DNA of 64,000 nucleotides from an uncultured Bacillota bacterium (GTDB lineage Bacteria > Sysuimicrobiota > Sysuimicrobiia > Sysuimicrobiales > Segetimicrobiaceae): NCBI GenBank assembly GCA_963804645.1, contig CAWDRG010000004.1, positions 32,001 through 96,000 on the forward strand, given 5' to 3'. Below are positions 38,478 to 48,728 of this stretch, piece after piece. A program made the translations under genes and the position numbers. The first letter of the stretch is position 1, and the number at the start of each line of letters is the position of its first letter. The notes under the pieces are model-generated. The model had not been told where the DNA came from, made no database searches, and worked only from the letters and a program-made list of their open reading frames with translations.

Positions 38478-41213
38478 ATGCGTGCCCTCGGGAGCGGGGT
38501 AGGCGTGGCGCGCGTCCTCGAGCCTGAGCGGCCCCGCCCCGAGGCGCTGCTGGAGCAGGCGGAGACGGAGGAGCGCCACCGCCGCCACGGCAAGCTGAAG
38601 GTGTTTCTCGGCTACGCGGCCGGCGTGGGCAAGACCTACGCGATGCTGGAGGCGGCGCGTGTGCAGCTGGCGCACGGCCGCCGCGTGATGCTGGCCTACG
38701 TCGAGACCCACGGGCGGGCGGAGACCGAGGCCCTGCTCCAGGGCCTCGAGGTGCTGCCGCGCCGGCGCGTCGAGTACCGCGGCGTCGTGTTGGAGGAGCT
38801 CGACCTGGACGCCGCGCTCGCCGCGTCCCCGGAGCTCGCGATCGTCGACGAGCTGGCCCACACGAACGCGCCCGGCTCGCGGCATCCCAAGCGGTACCAG
38901 GATGTCGAGGAGATCCTGGCGGCCGGGATCGACGTCTATACGACCCTCAACGTGCAGCACATCGAGAGCCTGAACGACGTCGTCGCACAGATCACCGGCG
39001 TCACGGTGCGCGAGACGGTGCCCGACCGGATCGTGGAAACGGCCGACGAGGTGGAGCTCGTCGACGTCTCACCGGACGAGTTGATGCAGCGCCTGCGGGA
39101 GGGCAAGGTGTACGTGCCCGAGCAGGCGACCCAGGCGGTGCAGAAGTTTTTCCGCCCGGGGAACCTGACGGCGCTGCGCGAGATCGCCCTCCGCTATCTC
39201 GCCGGCCGGGTCGACCATGCGATGCGGGCGTATATGGGCGCCCACGCGATCTCCGGGCCGTGGCCGGCGGGGGAGCGCGTCCTCGTCTGCATCGACGACA
39301 GCCCGATCGGCGAGCGGCTGGTGCGCGCGGGCCGGCGCCTCGCGTCCGGGCTCGACGCGGAGCTGATCGTCCTCCACGTGGAGACGAGCAGGGACGCCGC
39401 GCTCTCGGAGCCGGCGCTCGACCGGATCGCGCGGACGCTGCGCCTCGCCGAGGAGCTCGGCGCGCGGACGGTGACGCTGCCCGGCTCCGACCCCGCCGAG
39501 GAGATTCTCCGGTACGCGCGGGCCCAAAATGTCAGCAAGATCCTTGTCGGGGTCTCGCACCGGCCCACCTGGTATCGATGGTTTCGGGGCTCGGCCGCCC
39601 GCCGGATCCTCGCGGGGAGCGGCGCCATGGACGTGTACGTCGTCGGCGGGTCGGTGGATGCCCCGGCGCCCGCGCGGCCGATGCGCGTCCGGACGGCTCC
39701 GCGCGCGCCGTATCTCTACAGTCTCGTGATCGTCGGTCTGGTGACGATCGGCTGCGTGCTGGTGCGGCCGTTCATCGCGCCGGCGAATCTCACCATGCTC
39801 TACCTGCTCGCGGTCGTGGCGGTGGCGGTGCAGTGGGGCACGGGGCCCGCGGTCGTCGCCGCGACGCTGGGCGTGCTGGCGTACGATTTCTTCGTGGTGC
39901 CCCCGCGGCTGTCGTTCGATGTGACCGACACGCAGTATCTCTTGACGTTCGCGGCGCTCCTCCTGGTCGGGGTGGTGATCAGCAACCTCGCCGGGCGGGT
40001 CCGGGAGCAGGCGCAGGCGGTGCGCCGACGCGAGGCCTACACGACGATGCTCTACGCGCTGAGCAACGATCTGGCCGCGGCCCGGGACGTGCCGAGCATC
40101 GTGGACGCGGTCGCGCGGCAGATGGCGGCGACATTTGATCGGGACATTACCGTGCTGCTGCCGTCCGGGGAAACGCTCCGGCCGGCGTTTGTGGCGCCGG
40201 GCTTTCCGCTCGATCCGAACGAGCTGGCGGTCGCCACCTATGCGTTCCGGCACGGGGAGCCGGCGGGGTACGGCACCGACACGCTGCCCGGGGCGCGCGG
40301 ACGCTACCTGCCGCTCAAGACCGCTCAGGGCGTCGTCGGCGTGCTGGGCATCCGGCGGCCGCCGGACACCGATGAGCCCCTGACGCCCGAGCAGCGCCGG
40401 CTGGTGCAGGCGTTTGCCAACCAGGTGGCGCTCGCGATTGAGCGCGCGAACCTGGCCGACGTGTCCCGGCGCCTCGATCTATCGCGCGAGACCGAGAAGC
40501 TGCAGTCGGCGCTGCTGAACTCGATCTCCCACGATCTGCGCACCCCGCTCGCGTCGATCACGGGGGCGTTGAGCAGCGTGCTCGACGCGGACGCGGTGCT
40601 CGACGCGCCGACGCGGCGGGAACTGCTCGAGGCGGCCCGCGAGCAGGCCGACTATCTGAATCGGTTGGTCGGGAACCTGCTCGAGATGACGCGGCTCGGC
40701 GGCGGGGCGGTCAAGCTGCGGCTCGAGCGGGTGGACATCGAGGATCTCGTCGGCGCCGTTCTGACGCAGATGGGGGACGCCCTGGACGGACGGGACGTGC
40801 GGATCGTCGTCGAGCCGAACCTTCCGCAGATTCCGATGGATTTCGTGCTGATGATTCAGGCGCTGCTGACCATCGTCGACAACGCGGTCCGGTACACGCC
40901 GCCGAACACGCCCATCGACGTGCGCGCGTGGTATGAGGAGGGCGAGGTCCGGATCCAGATCGGGGATCGCGGGCCCGGGGTCCCGCCGAACGAGGTCGAC
41001 CGCATCTTCGACAAGTTCCACCGGATCCGCCGGCCCGGTGATGCCGGCGGGGTGGGCCTGGGGCTGACGATCGCGGCCGGCATCGTCGAGCTGCACGGCG
41101 GCCGGATTCTCGCGGAAAACCGGCCGGGGGGTGGGCTGGCGGTGACGGTGGTGCTGCCGCAGACCGCGCCGCGCCGGTCCTCGGAGGCGGACGCCGCCGC
41201 GGCGGGCGGCTGA
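38478..41213 (+). CDS. kdpD: Sensor histidine kinase KdpD
   Basis: GKLKVFLGYAAGVGKTYAML, DELAHTN, USP, four TM helices, GAF, SISHDLRTPL and HATPase. Confidence 0.95.
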   Translation: MRALGSGVGVARVLEPERPRPEALLEQAETEERHRRHGKLKVFLGYAAGVGKTYAMLEAARVQLAHGRRVMLAYVETHGRAETEALLQGLEVLPRRRVEYRGVVLEELDLDAALAASPELAIVDELAHTNAPGSRHPKRYQDVEEILAAGIDVYTTLNVQHIESLNDVVAQITGVTVRETVPDRIVETADEVELVDVSPDELMQRLREGKVYVPEQATQAVQKFFRPGNLTALREIALRYLAGRVDHAMRAYMGAHAISGPWPAGERVLVCIDDSPIGERLVRAGRRLASGLDAELIVLHVETSRDAALSEPALDRIARTLRLAEELGARTVTLPGSDPAEEILRYARAQNVSKILVGVSHRPTWYRWFRGSAARRILAGSGAMDVYVVGGSVDAPAPARPMRVRTAPRAPYLYSLVIVGLVTIGCVLVRPFIAPANLTMLYLLAVVAVAVQWGTGPAVVAATLGVLAYDFFVVPPRLSFDVTDTQYLLTFAALLLVGVVISNLAGRVREQAQAVRRREAYTTMLYALSNDLAAARDVPSIVDAVARQMAATFDRDITVLLPSGETLRPAFVAPGFPLDPNELAVATYAFRHGEPAGYGTDTLPGARGRYLPLKTAQGVVGVLGIRRPPDTDEPLTPEQRRLVQAFANQVALAIERANLADVSRRLDLSRETEKLQSALLNSISHDLRTPLASITGALSSVLDADAVLDAPTRRELLEAAREQADYLNRLVGNLLEMTRLGGGAVKLRLERVDIEDLVGAVLTQMGDALDGRDVRIVVEPNLPQIPMDFVLMIQALLTIVDNAVRYTPPNTPIDVRAWYEEGEVRIQIGDRGPGVPPNEVDRIFDKFHRIRRPGDAGGVGLGLTIAAGIVELHGGRILAENRPGGGLAVTVVLPQTAPRRSSEADAAAAGG

Positions 41214-41226
41214 GGGCGGGGGACTG

Positions 41227-41652
41227 TCAGGATGCCGCGCGCTGGCAGGCGCGGCACAGGCCGAGCAGGTCGACGCGATGTCCCTTCACGAGAAATCCGC
41301 TGGCGCCGAGGCGCGCGCCGGTGAGGGACTCCAGGACGCAATCGGAGAGCGCCTCGACCGCGCCGCACCGTTCGCAGATCAGGTGGTCGTGGTGCCGGTC
41401 GGCGAGCCCGAAGTGCGCCGCGCCCCGCAGGTCCATCTGCTCGACCACCCCGGCGGTCCGCAGCCGCTCGAGGATGCGGTAGACGGTCACAAGCCCGAGC
41501 CCCCGGGTCCGCCGGTGCGCGCGCTCCCAGATGTCCTGGCACGTGGCGAGGTGTGAGCCGGCCGCGAGGGCCTCCAGAATCGCCACGCGCTGCGGGGTCA
41601 CCCGCAGCTTCGCGCGGCGCAGCACGTCCGTATATCGATCCTTGGCGGTCAT
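41227..41652 (-). CDS. Fur-family transcriptional regulator (Zur/Fur-like)
   Basis: RVTPQRVAIL, TVYRIL, HHDHLICERCG and C-terminal CRAC. Confidence 0.9.
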   Translation of the reverse strand: MTAKDRYTDVLRRAKLRVTPQRVAILEALAAGSHLATCQDIWERAHRRTRGLGLVTVYRILERLRTAGVVEQMDLRGAAHFGLADRHHDHLICERCGAVEALSDCVLESLTGARLGASGFLVKGHRVDLLGLCRACQRAAS

Positions 41653-41750
41653 GCAGGCGGCTCCGTGGGCCCGTCGTCTGGTTCGTCGATCCGCCGGTCC
41701 CCCAGGGCGTCCGGTCGGCGCCGGGGGCGGGGGCAGGGCGGAGTCGGACG

Positions 41751-42134
41751 CTATCCGGCCGGCACCGCGCTGCGTCGAATGGCCTCCACGATTTCCGACA
41801 CCGGCTGATCCTTGATCAGGAGCCCCTGCAGGCCGCGTTCGCCGACTTTCGCCACGTCCAGCGCGCCGGCGTAGGCCGTCAGGATGAAGATCTTCGTCCC
41901 GGGGACGTCCCGCATGATTGCGCCGGCGGCCGAGAAGCCGTCGAGCCCGGCCATGCGAAAGTCCATGAGCATCACGTCCGGCCGCAGCGACCGCGCGAGC
42001 TGCACGCCTTCGCGGCCGCTCGCGGCCTCCCCGATGACCTCGATCCCGGGCTGAAGGCGGAGCGCCTTGACCAGGCGGGTCCGGTACTCCGTGTTGTCGT
42101 CGACCAGGAGCACTCGAATCGTCTCGCCTACCAT
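41751..42134 (-). CDS. Stand-alone receiver-domain protein
   Basis: VLLVDDN, PDVMLMD, ILT and LIK. Confidence 0.85.
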   Translation of the reverse strand: MVGETIRVLLVDDNTEYRTRLVKALRLQPGIEVIGEAASGREGVQLARSLRPDVMLMDFRMAGLDGFSAAGAIMRDVPGTKIFILTAYAGALDVAKVGERGLQGLLIKDQPVSEIVEAIRRSAVPAG

Positions 42135-42195
42135 CGGTCCGCTCCCGTCTCGGCGTCCGGGCCGGACGAAACCCCCGGGTGGCCGTGGAAAGGCA

Positions 42196-42882
42196 TCATC
42201 GCGCTGTTCCGCCCGACGGCGGCACGAGCCCCGACTTCAGGGCGTAGACGGCCGCCTGCGTTCGGCTGTTGACCTGGAGCTTCTCCATGATGTTGCTCAG
42301 ATGGTTCTTGACCGTGCGCTCGCTGATGCCCAGGTTGGCCGCGATCTCTTTGTTGGCCAGTCCCGCGGCGACGTGCTGGAGGATCTCGACCTCCCGCTGC
42401 GTCAGCGGGGTGACGAGGGGCACGACCTCCTTGATGTCTTCCGTCGCGCGGGCGAACTCTTTGAAGATCTTCGCGGCCATCGCCGGCGCGATCAGGCCTT
42501 CGCCCTCCGCCACCACCCGCACGGCGCGCAGCAGTTCCTCGGGCGACGAGTCCTTCAGCAGATAGCCCATCGCCCCCGCTTTGATCGCCTCGAACAGAAA
42601 CTCCTCGTTCGTGAACACGGTGAGGATGATCACCCGGCTCCGGGGGCTCGTGGTCTTGATGACGCGGGCGACCTCGATCCCGGACGGGCCGGGCATCGAC
42701 ACGTCGAGGAGCACGATGTCCGGGGCCAGCTCTTCCACGAGGCGCAGCGCCTCGTGCCCCGACGACGCCTCCCCGACGACCTGGAGCTCGGGCGCCGCGT
42801 CGAGCAGCCGTCGCACGCCCTGGCGGAACAGCGCGTGGTCGTCCGCGATCAGAATCCGAATCGGTGGCGGTGCGTCAGCCAT
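42196..42882 (-). CDS. NarL/LuxR-family response regulator
   Basis: IADDHALFRQG and LTQREVEIL..GLANKEIA..LGISERTVKNH. Confidence 0.93.
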   Translation of the reverse strand: MADAPPPIRILIADDHALFRQGVRRLLDAAPELQVVGEASSGHEALRLVEELAPDIVLLDVSMPGPSGIEVARVIKTTSPRSRVIILTVFTNEEFLFEAIKAGAMGYLLKDSSPEELLRAVRVVAEGEGLIAPAMAAKIFKEFARATEDIKEVVPLVTPLTQREVEILQHVAAGLANKEIAANLGISERTVKNHLSNIMEKLQVNSRTQAAVYALKSGLVPPSGGTAR

Positions 42883-44989
42883 CTGAACCCCCTGATCCTC
42901 CGAACGGAATCTCCAGCACAACCGTGGTGCCGCGATTCGGCGCGCTCTCGATCTTGAGCGTGCCGCCGACCAGCGCCGCGCGTTCCTGCATGGAGGTCAG
43001 ACCCAAATGATACCCTGTTTGGGTGGTCGTGCGATAGGCCTCGAGGTCAAAGCCGACGCCGTTGTCGGCCACGCGGATGGCACAGTGGCGGTCGTCGGAC
43101 TCCGCGTGGATCGCCGCGGTGCTCGCGTGCGCGTGGGCGTCGACGTTGACCAGCGCCTGCCGTGCGATCGCCAGCACCGCCTGCCGCACGGCGGGGGGCA
43201 GGGTGGAGTCGTCGCCGGTCGAGATCACGGTGACGTCGAGCTCATGGCGGCGCTGAAACTCCCGCGCGAGGTTGCCGAGCGAGTGGAACAGCCGCTGATC
43301 CACGGGGACCGGCCGCCGCAGGTCGGCCAGAAACTCCCGCAGTTCCCGCATGCCCTGCTCGAGCAGGGTGCGCGTCTCTTTGAGTTCGGCCCCGACGTGC
43401 GCGGTGTCCGCCTGAGCGGTCATCGCCGTCAGGTCGGTCTGCAGCAGCGCCGTCGCGAGCGTCTGTGCCAGGCCGTCGTGGATCTCGCGCGCGATCCGGC
43501 GGCGCTCCTCGACGGCTCCGATGTCCGCGATCCGGTGCGCGGTGGTCGCGGTGTCCACCGCGGCCGCTACGTGCGCGCCGATCGCCGCCAGGAGGGCGCG
43601 GTGCCACCGGCCTTCGATCGCGATGCCGAGCCCGAGCGCGCCGATCGTCCGCTCGCCGATGCTGAGCGGCACGCACGCCACCGACGTGTCGGAGGCGCCG
43701 GGCATGCGGGCGACCCGGATCTCGTTCCGCGTCGTGGAGGCGATGAGCTCGGGCAGGAGGCTCCGCGCCGCGGCCCCGCCGATGCCGCGCACGGCGACCA
43801 CCTCGATGTTGCCGGTGTCCTCGCGCTCCGTGGCGAGCAGGGCGAACGACGCCGGGGTGAGGGAGCGGACGAGGTCGAGTAGCGCGGGCCAGATGACGGT
43901 CGGGTCGCGCGTGAGCGCATAGCCGACGCGCGCGTACCCGCCGGCCAGCTCGTGCAGCGTGAAGGCAAACACGCGCTCATGCTGGGCGCGCGCCAGGAGC
44001 CCGGCGGCGCACTGGGCGACGAGTTCTGCCGCTTCCAGCGTCGTCACGGTGAATTGGCGCCCCGTGACCGAGCGGTTGAGGTTGAGGAGCCCGACGGTTT
44101 CCCGGTTGACGACGACCGGGATGCACATCGAGGACGTGATGCCCTCGCGCTCGAGATGCACCGGCAGGGCGACCCCCGGGGTGAGCAGCACCGCGCGTCC
44201 GCCCTGGGCGACCCAGCCGGCGATCCCTTCGCCCAGCCGCGACCCGGCTTGGCGGTGTGCCTCGCTCAATCCGTGCGAGGCGAGGACTTCCAGGTGCTTG
44301 GCCGTCGGGTCCAGCAGCATGAACGACCCGCTGTTCGCGTGGAAGTGCGTCACCGCCGTATCCAGCACGTGCTGAAGGGCGGCCTCGGCCGTGCCTCCGG
44401 CGGCGGCGATGTCCTTGATCGTCGTCAGCGTGCGCGAGACGCCTCTTTGTTCGTCGAAGCGCCGCGCGGCCTCGGCGCCGAGGCTGGCGGTGGCGATCAG
44501 CGTCACCCAGAGGAGGCACCAGGAGATCCAGCGGTCGGGAAAGATCGACCCCGGCGCCAACGGGAACTGGCCGCCGGCCAGGACCGTCGCCATCGCGAGC
44601 CCGCCGAGCTGGCCGGCGAGAATCCCGGTGGCCACCGCGAGGAGGAAGCCGAGCAGCACGAACTCGACCGGAAATCCCGTGACGTGTGCGCCAACGACGA
44701 GAAAGAGCGCGTCGAACGGGAGCATCCAGCGCGCGGCGTCCGCGGCCCGCACCGGATGCCACACCCCGTAGGCGGTGAACGCCGTCATGTAGACGGCGGC
44801 CGCCCCGTACAAGAGAAAGTACAGGCGCGGAGGCGGGCTCGGCGAGGTCGCCGGGAACAGCGCCGCGAGCACGAACAGCAGCACCAGCACCAGCAGCCGG
44901 ACCACCGGGACCGCGTACACCGCGGCCTGCAGGTCGTCCAGCAGCACGGCGTGCCCCTTCGGCATGAGGCGTGCTCGGCTGGTTACCAT
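42875..44989 (-). CDS. Membrane GAF-domain sensor histidine kinase (HisKA_3)
   Basis: N-terminal TM helices, GAF domains, EERRRIAREIHDGLAQ, DNGVGF and GLTSMQER. Confidence 0.9.
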   Translation of the reverse strand: MVTSRARLMPKGHAVLLDDLQAAVYAVPVVRLLVLVLLFVLAALFPATSPSPPPRLYFLLYGAAAVYMTAFTAYGVWHPVRAADAARWMLPFDALFLVVGAHVTGFPVEFVLLGFLLAVATGILAGQLGGLAMATVLAGGQFPLAPGSIFPDRWISWCLLWVTLIATASLGAEAARRFDEQRGVSRTLTTIKDIAAAGGTAEAALQHVLDTAVTHFHANSGSFMLLDPTAKHLEVLASHGLSEAHRQAGSRLGEGIAGWVAQGGRAVLLTPGVALPVHLEREGITSSMCIPVVVNRETVGLLNLNRSVTGRQFTVTTLEAAELVAQCAAGLLARAQHERVFAFTLHELAGGYARVGYALTRDPTVIWPALLDLVRSLTPASFALLATEREDTGNIEVVAVRGIGGAAARSLLPELIASTTRNEIRVARMPGASDTSVACVPLSIGERTIGALGLGIAIEGRWHRALLAAIGAHVAAAVDTATTAHRIADIGAVEERRRIAREIHDGLAQTLATALLQTDLTAMTAQADTAHVGAELKETRTLLEQGMRELREFLADLRRPVPVDQRLFHSLGNLAREFQRRHELDVTVISTGDDSTLPPAVRQAVLAIARQALVNVDAHAHASTAAIHAESDDRHCAIRVADNGVGFDLEAYRTTTQTGYHLGLTSMQERAALVGGTLKIESAPNRGTTVVLEIPFGGSGGSDG

Positions 44990-45110
44990 TTCATCAGGGC
45001 GCGCACCCGGCGGTGAGCGCGGCGTGCGTCATGCGCGGCAGACCTGGGGCGGCGGGTCTCGGGGCGACTGAACCGGTTGAGCTTATGGGGCGCACCCGTG
45101 GGGCGCGGCA

Positions 45111-45686
45111 CTAGCGCAGCGCAAATGCGCGGAGGCTGAGTTCCGCCCGCAGGATCGGCGTCACGGTGGGGGCGGCGCCCTGCTGGAGGGGTTCCTTCGT
45201 GACGCTCACGCTGTCGACCGCGATCAGCCGGGGGAGGCCCTCGGTGGTGTGCAGGAACTCGATGATCTGCGGCCACGTGCCGCGGACGATCATCGTGAAG
45301 CTCAGCGCCTGGACCAGCGGCGACCCCGGGAGGGCAGTGGCAGGGACGCCCTGCGGGAACTCCAATTGGACGAACTGGCCTCCGGCGCCGTCGATTCCCT
45401 GGACCAGCAGCGCCACGATCTGCGGCAGGGCGAGATCGCTCGGGATCTGCTGCTCGGCCCGCTGGAGCGCGGCGACGGTCGCGGCGTGCTGGGCTTTGGC
45501 TTGCGGCAGCCGCGCCGCGGTCGACTGGTCCTGGCTGAGCTGCTGGCTGGACGCCGCCACCTGGCGCTGGGCCGCCTGCAGCCGTGCGACCGCCGGCCGG
45601 AAGAAGACGAGCACGAGCACCACGACAATGGCCAGCGCGGCGCCGACCGCAACGATCGTGATCTCACGTCCGGTGAGCCGCCTCAT
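45111..45686 (-). CDS. pilO: Type IV pilus alignment protein PilO
   Basis: TM helix, coiled coil and VRGTWPQIIEFL..LPRLIAV; follows pilN. Confidence 0.8.
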   Translation of the reverse strand: MRRLTGREITIVAVGAALAIVVVLVLVFFRPAVARLQAAQRQVAASSQQLSQDQSTAARLPQAKAQHAATVAALQRAEQQIPSDLALPQIVALLVQGIDGAGGQFVQLEFPQGVPATALPGSPLVQALSFTMIVRGTWPQIIEFLHTTEGLPRLIAVDSVSVTKEPLQQGAAPTVTPILRAELSLRAFALR

Positions 45687-46243
45687 GGGGTCACCGGACG
45701 CTGGGCGACATTCGCTTCGAACTCGAACGAATAGGTGCGATCACCCTCGATGACCCCGCTCGACTCGCGGGCGTAGGGCAACTGCACGTTGCTGAGAAAC
45801 TGGGCGCTTGACAGCTTGGCGGCCAGCGTCGGTACCGAGGTGTCGGTCAGCGTGCTCCCGTCGATCAGAATCGTATGGTTGGATGCCTTGACGGTCTCGA
45901 ACCACACGTCTTCAGGCACGAGATTGGTCACCGAGGTCAGGGTCTCCGCCCACGGGAACACCGTCGTGCGCACGCTTTCAAAGGACTGCTCGCGCCCCCG
46001 CAGGTTGTTGGTGTCGGCTTCGAGCTGCCGCACCGCGTTCGCGTCCTGGCGCACGGCGGCGAGCTGCTGCTCGAGCGAGCGCTCCTGCGATTCGAGCCGG
46101 TTCGTTTGGGTCAGGATGAGGGTGTACGCGAGCACGATCGGCACGACGGCGACGATGATGCCGATCGCGCGAAACCGCTGCAGCCGGCGCTGACGCCGCG
46201 CCTCGATCAGGCTTGCTGGTAGTAGGTTTGGGGAGAACTCCAC
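45683..46243 (-). CDS. pilN: Type IV pilus alignment protein PilN
   Basis: N-terminal NLLP motif, TM helix and VPEDVWF. Confidence 0.85.
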   Translation of the reverse strand: MEFSPNLLPASLIEARRQRRLQRFRAIGIIVAVVPIVLAYTLILTQTNRLESQERSLEQQLAAVRQDANAVRQLEADTNNLRGREQSFESVRTTVFPWAETLTSVTNLVPEDVWFETVKASNHTILIDGSTLTDTSVPTLAAKLSSAQFLSNVQLPYARESSGVIEGDRTYSFEFEANVAQRPVTP

Positions 46244-46255
46244 GGCCGTGCCTCC

Positions 46256-47224
46256 TCAGGCGACCTTGCGTAGCGCCAGCCCCGCCGCGACGGCGAGGGG
46301 CGCATCGTGATCGAGCAGCTCCTGCGAGATCCCACGTCCATGCGTAAACAGCGAGAGCGGCGCGCCGAGTTCCGTCGGCACGCCGAGTTCTGCGGCGATC
46401 ATCTCGGCCAGCCCGGGTCGAAGCGCCCCGTCTCCACTCAGGACCGCGCGCGCCACCGACTGCCCCTGCGTCTGGGCCTGGAAGTAATCCACAGACCGGG
46501 ACAGGCCCACCAGCAGATTCTGGAGGGTCGGGGCGTCGTCCGCGGCGGCCGCGACCGCGTCATCGGGAGCCGACTCGGACAGGTGCATGCTCCCCACAGG
46601 AATGCTCCGGCAGATCAGCGGCAGACCGTTCTGTACGATCACCAGTTCGGTATTCTCGGCACCCACGTCGATTGCCGCGGTAGGCTGGGGCGTGTCGCCG
46701 AGCGTGCGCGCCAGTGCCAGGGCGGTCGCCTCGATCGCGACGACCTCCAGGCCGGCCTGCGTCATGATTTGGTAGTAGGCCAGGGCTTCCCGCTCGGGGA
46801 CGGCCGCCATCAGGACGTCGAGATGCCGCTGGGGCCCGGTCTTGACCTCCCGGACGACCTGCGCATCCACCACGGCGTCCTCGATCCTTAGTGGAAGGTG
46901 CCGCTCCGCCTCCCACTTGACGGCCGCCTTAAGTTCCTCCGCCGGCATCGGCGGAAACGTGAGGTTGCGGATCAGGACGTTGCGGCCGCCCATCCCGATC
47001 ACCGCCCGGCTGCCCCGCAGTTTGGCTGCGGAGACGACCTGGCGAATGGCGGTCACCACGGCGTGGGGCGCCACGACCATCCCGCCCTCGATGGCCCCCT
47101 CGGGCGTGGCAAAGACGCTCGCGTAGAGCAGCTGAGGCTTACGCCCCGGCCGCACCGCCGCGATCTTGATCGACCGCTTGCTGATGTCTACACCGACCGT
47201 CGACGCGTTGCCTCCGAGCGCCAC
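46256..47224 (-). CDS. pilM: Type IV pilus assembly protein PilM (actin-like)
   Basis: VGVDIS..SIK, WEAERHLP, IDVGAENT, LSGDGA and LAVAAGLALR. Confidence 0.9.
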   Translation of the reverse strand: MALGGNASTVGVDISKRSIKIAAVRPGRKPQLLYASVFATPEGAIEGGMVVAPHAVVTAIRQVVSAAKLRGSRAVIGMGGRNVLIRNLTFPPMPAEELKAAVKWEAERHLPLRIEDAVVDAQVVREVKTGPQRHLDVLMAAVPEREALAYYQIMTQAGLEVVAIEATALALARTLGDTPQPTAAIDVGAENTELVIVQNGLPLICRSIPVGSMHLSESAPDDAVAAAADDAPTLQNLLVGLSRSVDYFQAQTQGQSVARAVLSGDGALRPGLAEMIAAELGVPTELGAPLSLFTHGRGISQELLDHDAPLAVAAGLALRKVA

Positions 47225-47340
47225 GGCTTCCCCCCGGCGGGGCCGTTTGGCCCCACCCGCTCACATATTCGCCGTCCCGGCGTGATTTTCCCTGCCGCCT
47301 GGGTACGGGCCGCCGGATGTTGTGGGCCGTTACACTTGAG

Positions 47341-48717
47341 TCAGTTTCTGCCGAAACCTTCGCTGAAGTAGGTGTCGGACGCCGGCGTCGCGCCGTACCC
47401 TCCGGCCGACTCGCTCTGCTGGTACCCACTCTGCATGCCCACTGAAGTGCCCTTGCGCAGGACGATGGCCCCGGCGGCATGGTTGAACGAGAGATATCCG
47501 TATCCGCTCGAGGGTCCCGCGCCGAGACCAGGGGCCGCAGCGTTCACGTCCTGCGTCGGCTGGATGCTATATGAGGTCGTCAACCCTGCGGTCGCCTGCA
47601 CGCAGCTGGTGGAGAGCGACCGGACCTCCTGGTACGGGCCCGGATCGATCACGACCACATCCCCGGCGTTGAACGGACAGAAGTTCAGAATCGGGTTCGT
47701 GACCGTGATGGATGACGCGCCGGCCGACGCGGGCTGCTGGAGCACGCTCGCGTTCGGCATCGTCTCGACCGGGGTCCCCGCGCTTTCCGCCGTGGCGACG
47801 GCGGGTGAGACGGCGAGCGTACACGTCGCGCTGGACGGCGCGGCGGTCGAGACGCCGGTCACCTGCAGCGGCCCGACGGGCGAAGACTGCGGGCTAATAT
47901 AGACGAAGTTCCCAATCGTGAAGGGGCAGGCGTTGTTCTGCTCCGACACGGAGACCACCGTGGAGCCCGCCGAGGTGTTCGAGGACAGCACGGAGCCAAA
48001 CCCCGGCGCCGAGAATCCCGTGATGCTCGCGTTCTCCGTGCCGCCGCTCTGGCTCACGAACCGGCCGACCCCGTAATTGGTGGTGGGGGCGGGGATGCTC
48101 GACGTGATGTAGTAGTTGGTATACCCTGCCACGGTGGCCGGCACGACCAGGGCGCCCCACGGATAGCTGTTCTTCAGGTTCGTCTGGAAATTCAGGGTGT
48201 AGGCGACCTGGTTGCCGTAGGCCGTCCAGTTGCCGCCGACGTTCACGTTGCCGATCTGACCGTTGTAAACGCACGACCCGGCCTGGGAGATTGCCGCGTT
48301 GGTCAGCAGGATGTTCTCCGACGTCGAGCTGAGCGTTTGGGTGCCGGAGTAGATCGTGACCGGCAAGCCCGGGGCCAAGCCGTTCGCGTTGTCGACCAGG
48401 GCGGAGGAGGCGCCCGAGACCGCCGACTGGCACAACGCGCCGATCACCTGGATCTGGAGCGTCGGCGTGTACGTCGCCTGGCCCGAGTAGGACGGGGTGA
48501 TCGTCACAAACGAGGATTCTTGGAGGTCGGCGATGAGCCGTGACATGCCGGCGCGCGGGTTCTGCTGGGCTTCCAGCTGCCCCTGCAGCAGCGCCAAGCC
48601 GCGGTCCAACGCGTTCAGGAGCTCGTAGGTGCCGATCGCGAAGATCACGAGGATCACCGTGCCGATCAGCAACTCGATCAGCGTATAGCCCCCTTCGTGC
48701 CGTCTGCTGATCATCAT
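47341..48717 (-). CDS. Large minor pilin (PilW-like) with repeated beta domains
   Basis: Class III signal EGG|YTLIELL and a Ser/Thr/Cys-rich body. Confidence 0.8.
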   Translation of the reverse strand: MMISRRHEGGYTLIELLIGTVILVIFAIGTYELLNALDRGLALLQGQLEAQQNPRAGMSRLIADLQESSFVTITPSYSGQATYTPTLQIQVIGALCQSAVSGASSALVDNANGLAPGLPVTIYSGTQTLSSTSENILLTNAAISQAGSCVYNGQIGNVNVGGNWTAYGNQVAYTLNFQTNLKNSYPWGALVVPATVAGYTNYYITSSIPAPTTNYGVGRFVSQSGGTENASITGFSAPGFGSVLSSNTSAGSTVVSVSEQNNACPFTIGNFVYISPQSSPVGPLQVTGVSTAAPSSATCTLAVSPAVATAESAGTPVETMPNASVLQQPASAGASSITVTNPILNFCPFNAGDVVVIDPGPYQEVRSLSTSCVQATAGLTTSYSIQPTQDVNAAAPGLGAGPSSGYGYLSFNHAAGAIVLRKGTSVGMQSGYQQSESAGGYGATPASDTYFSEGFGRN

Positions 48718-48728
48718 CCCGCTCCCCG

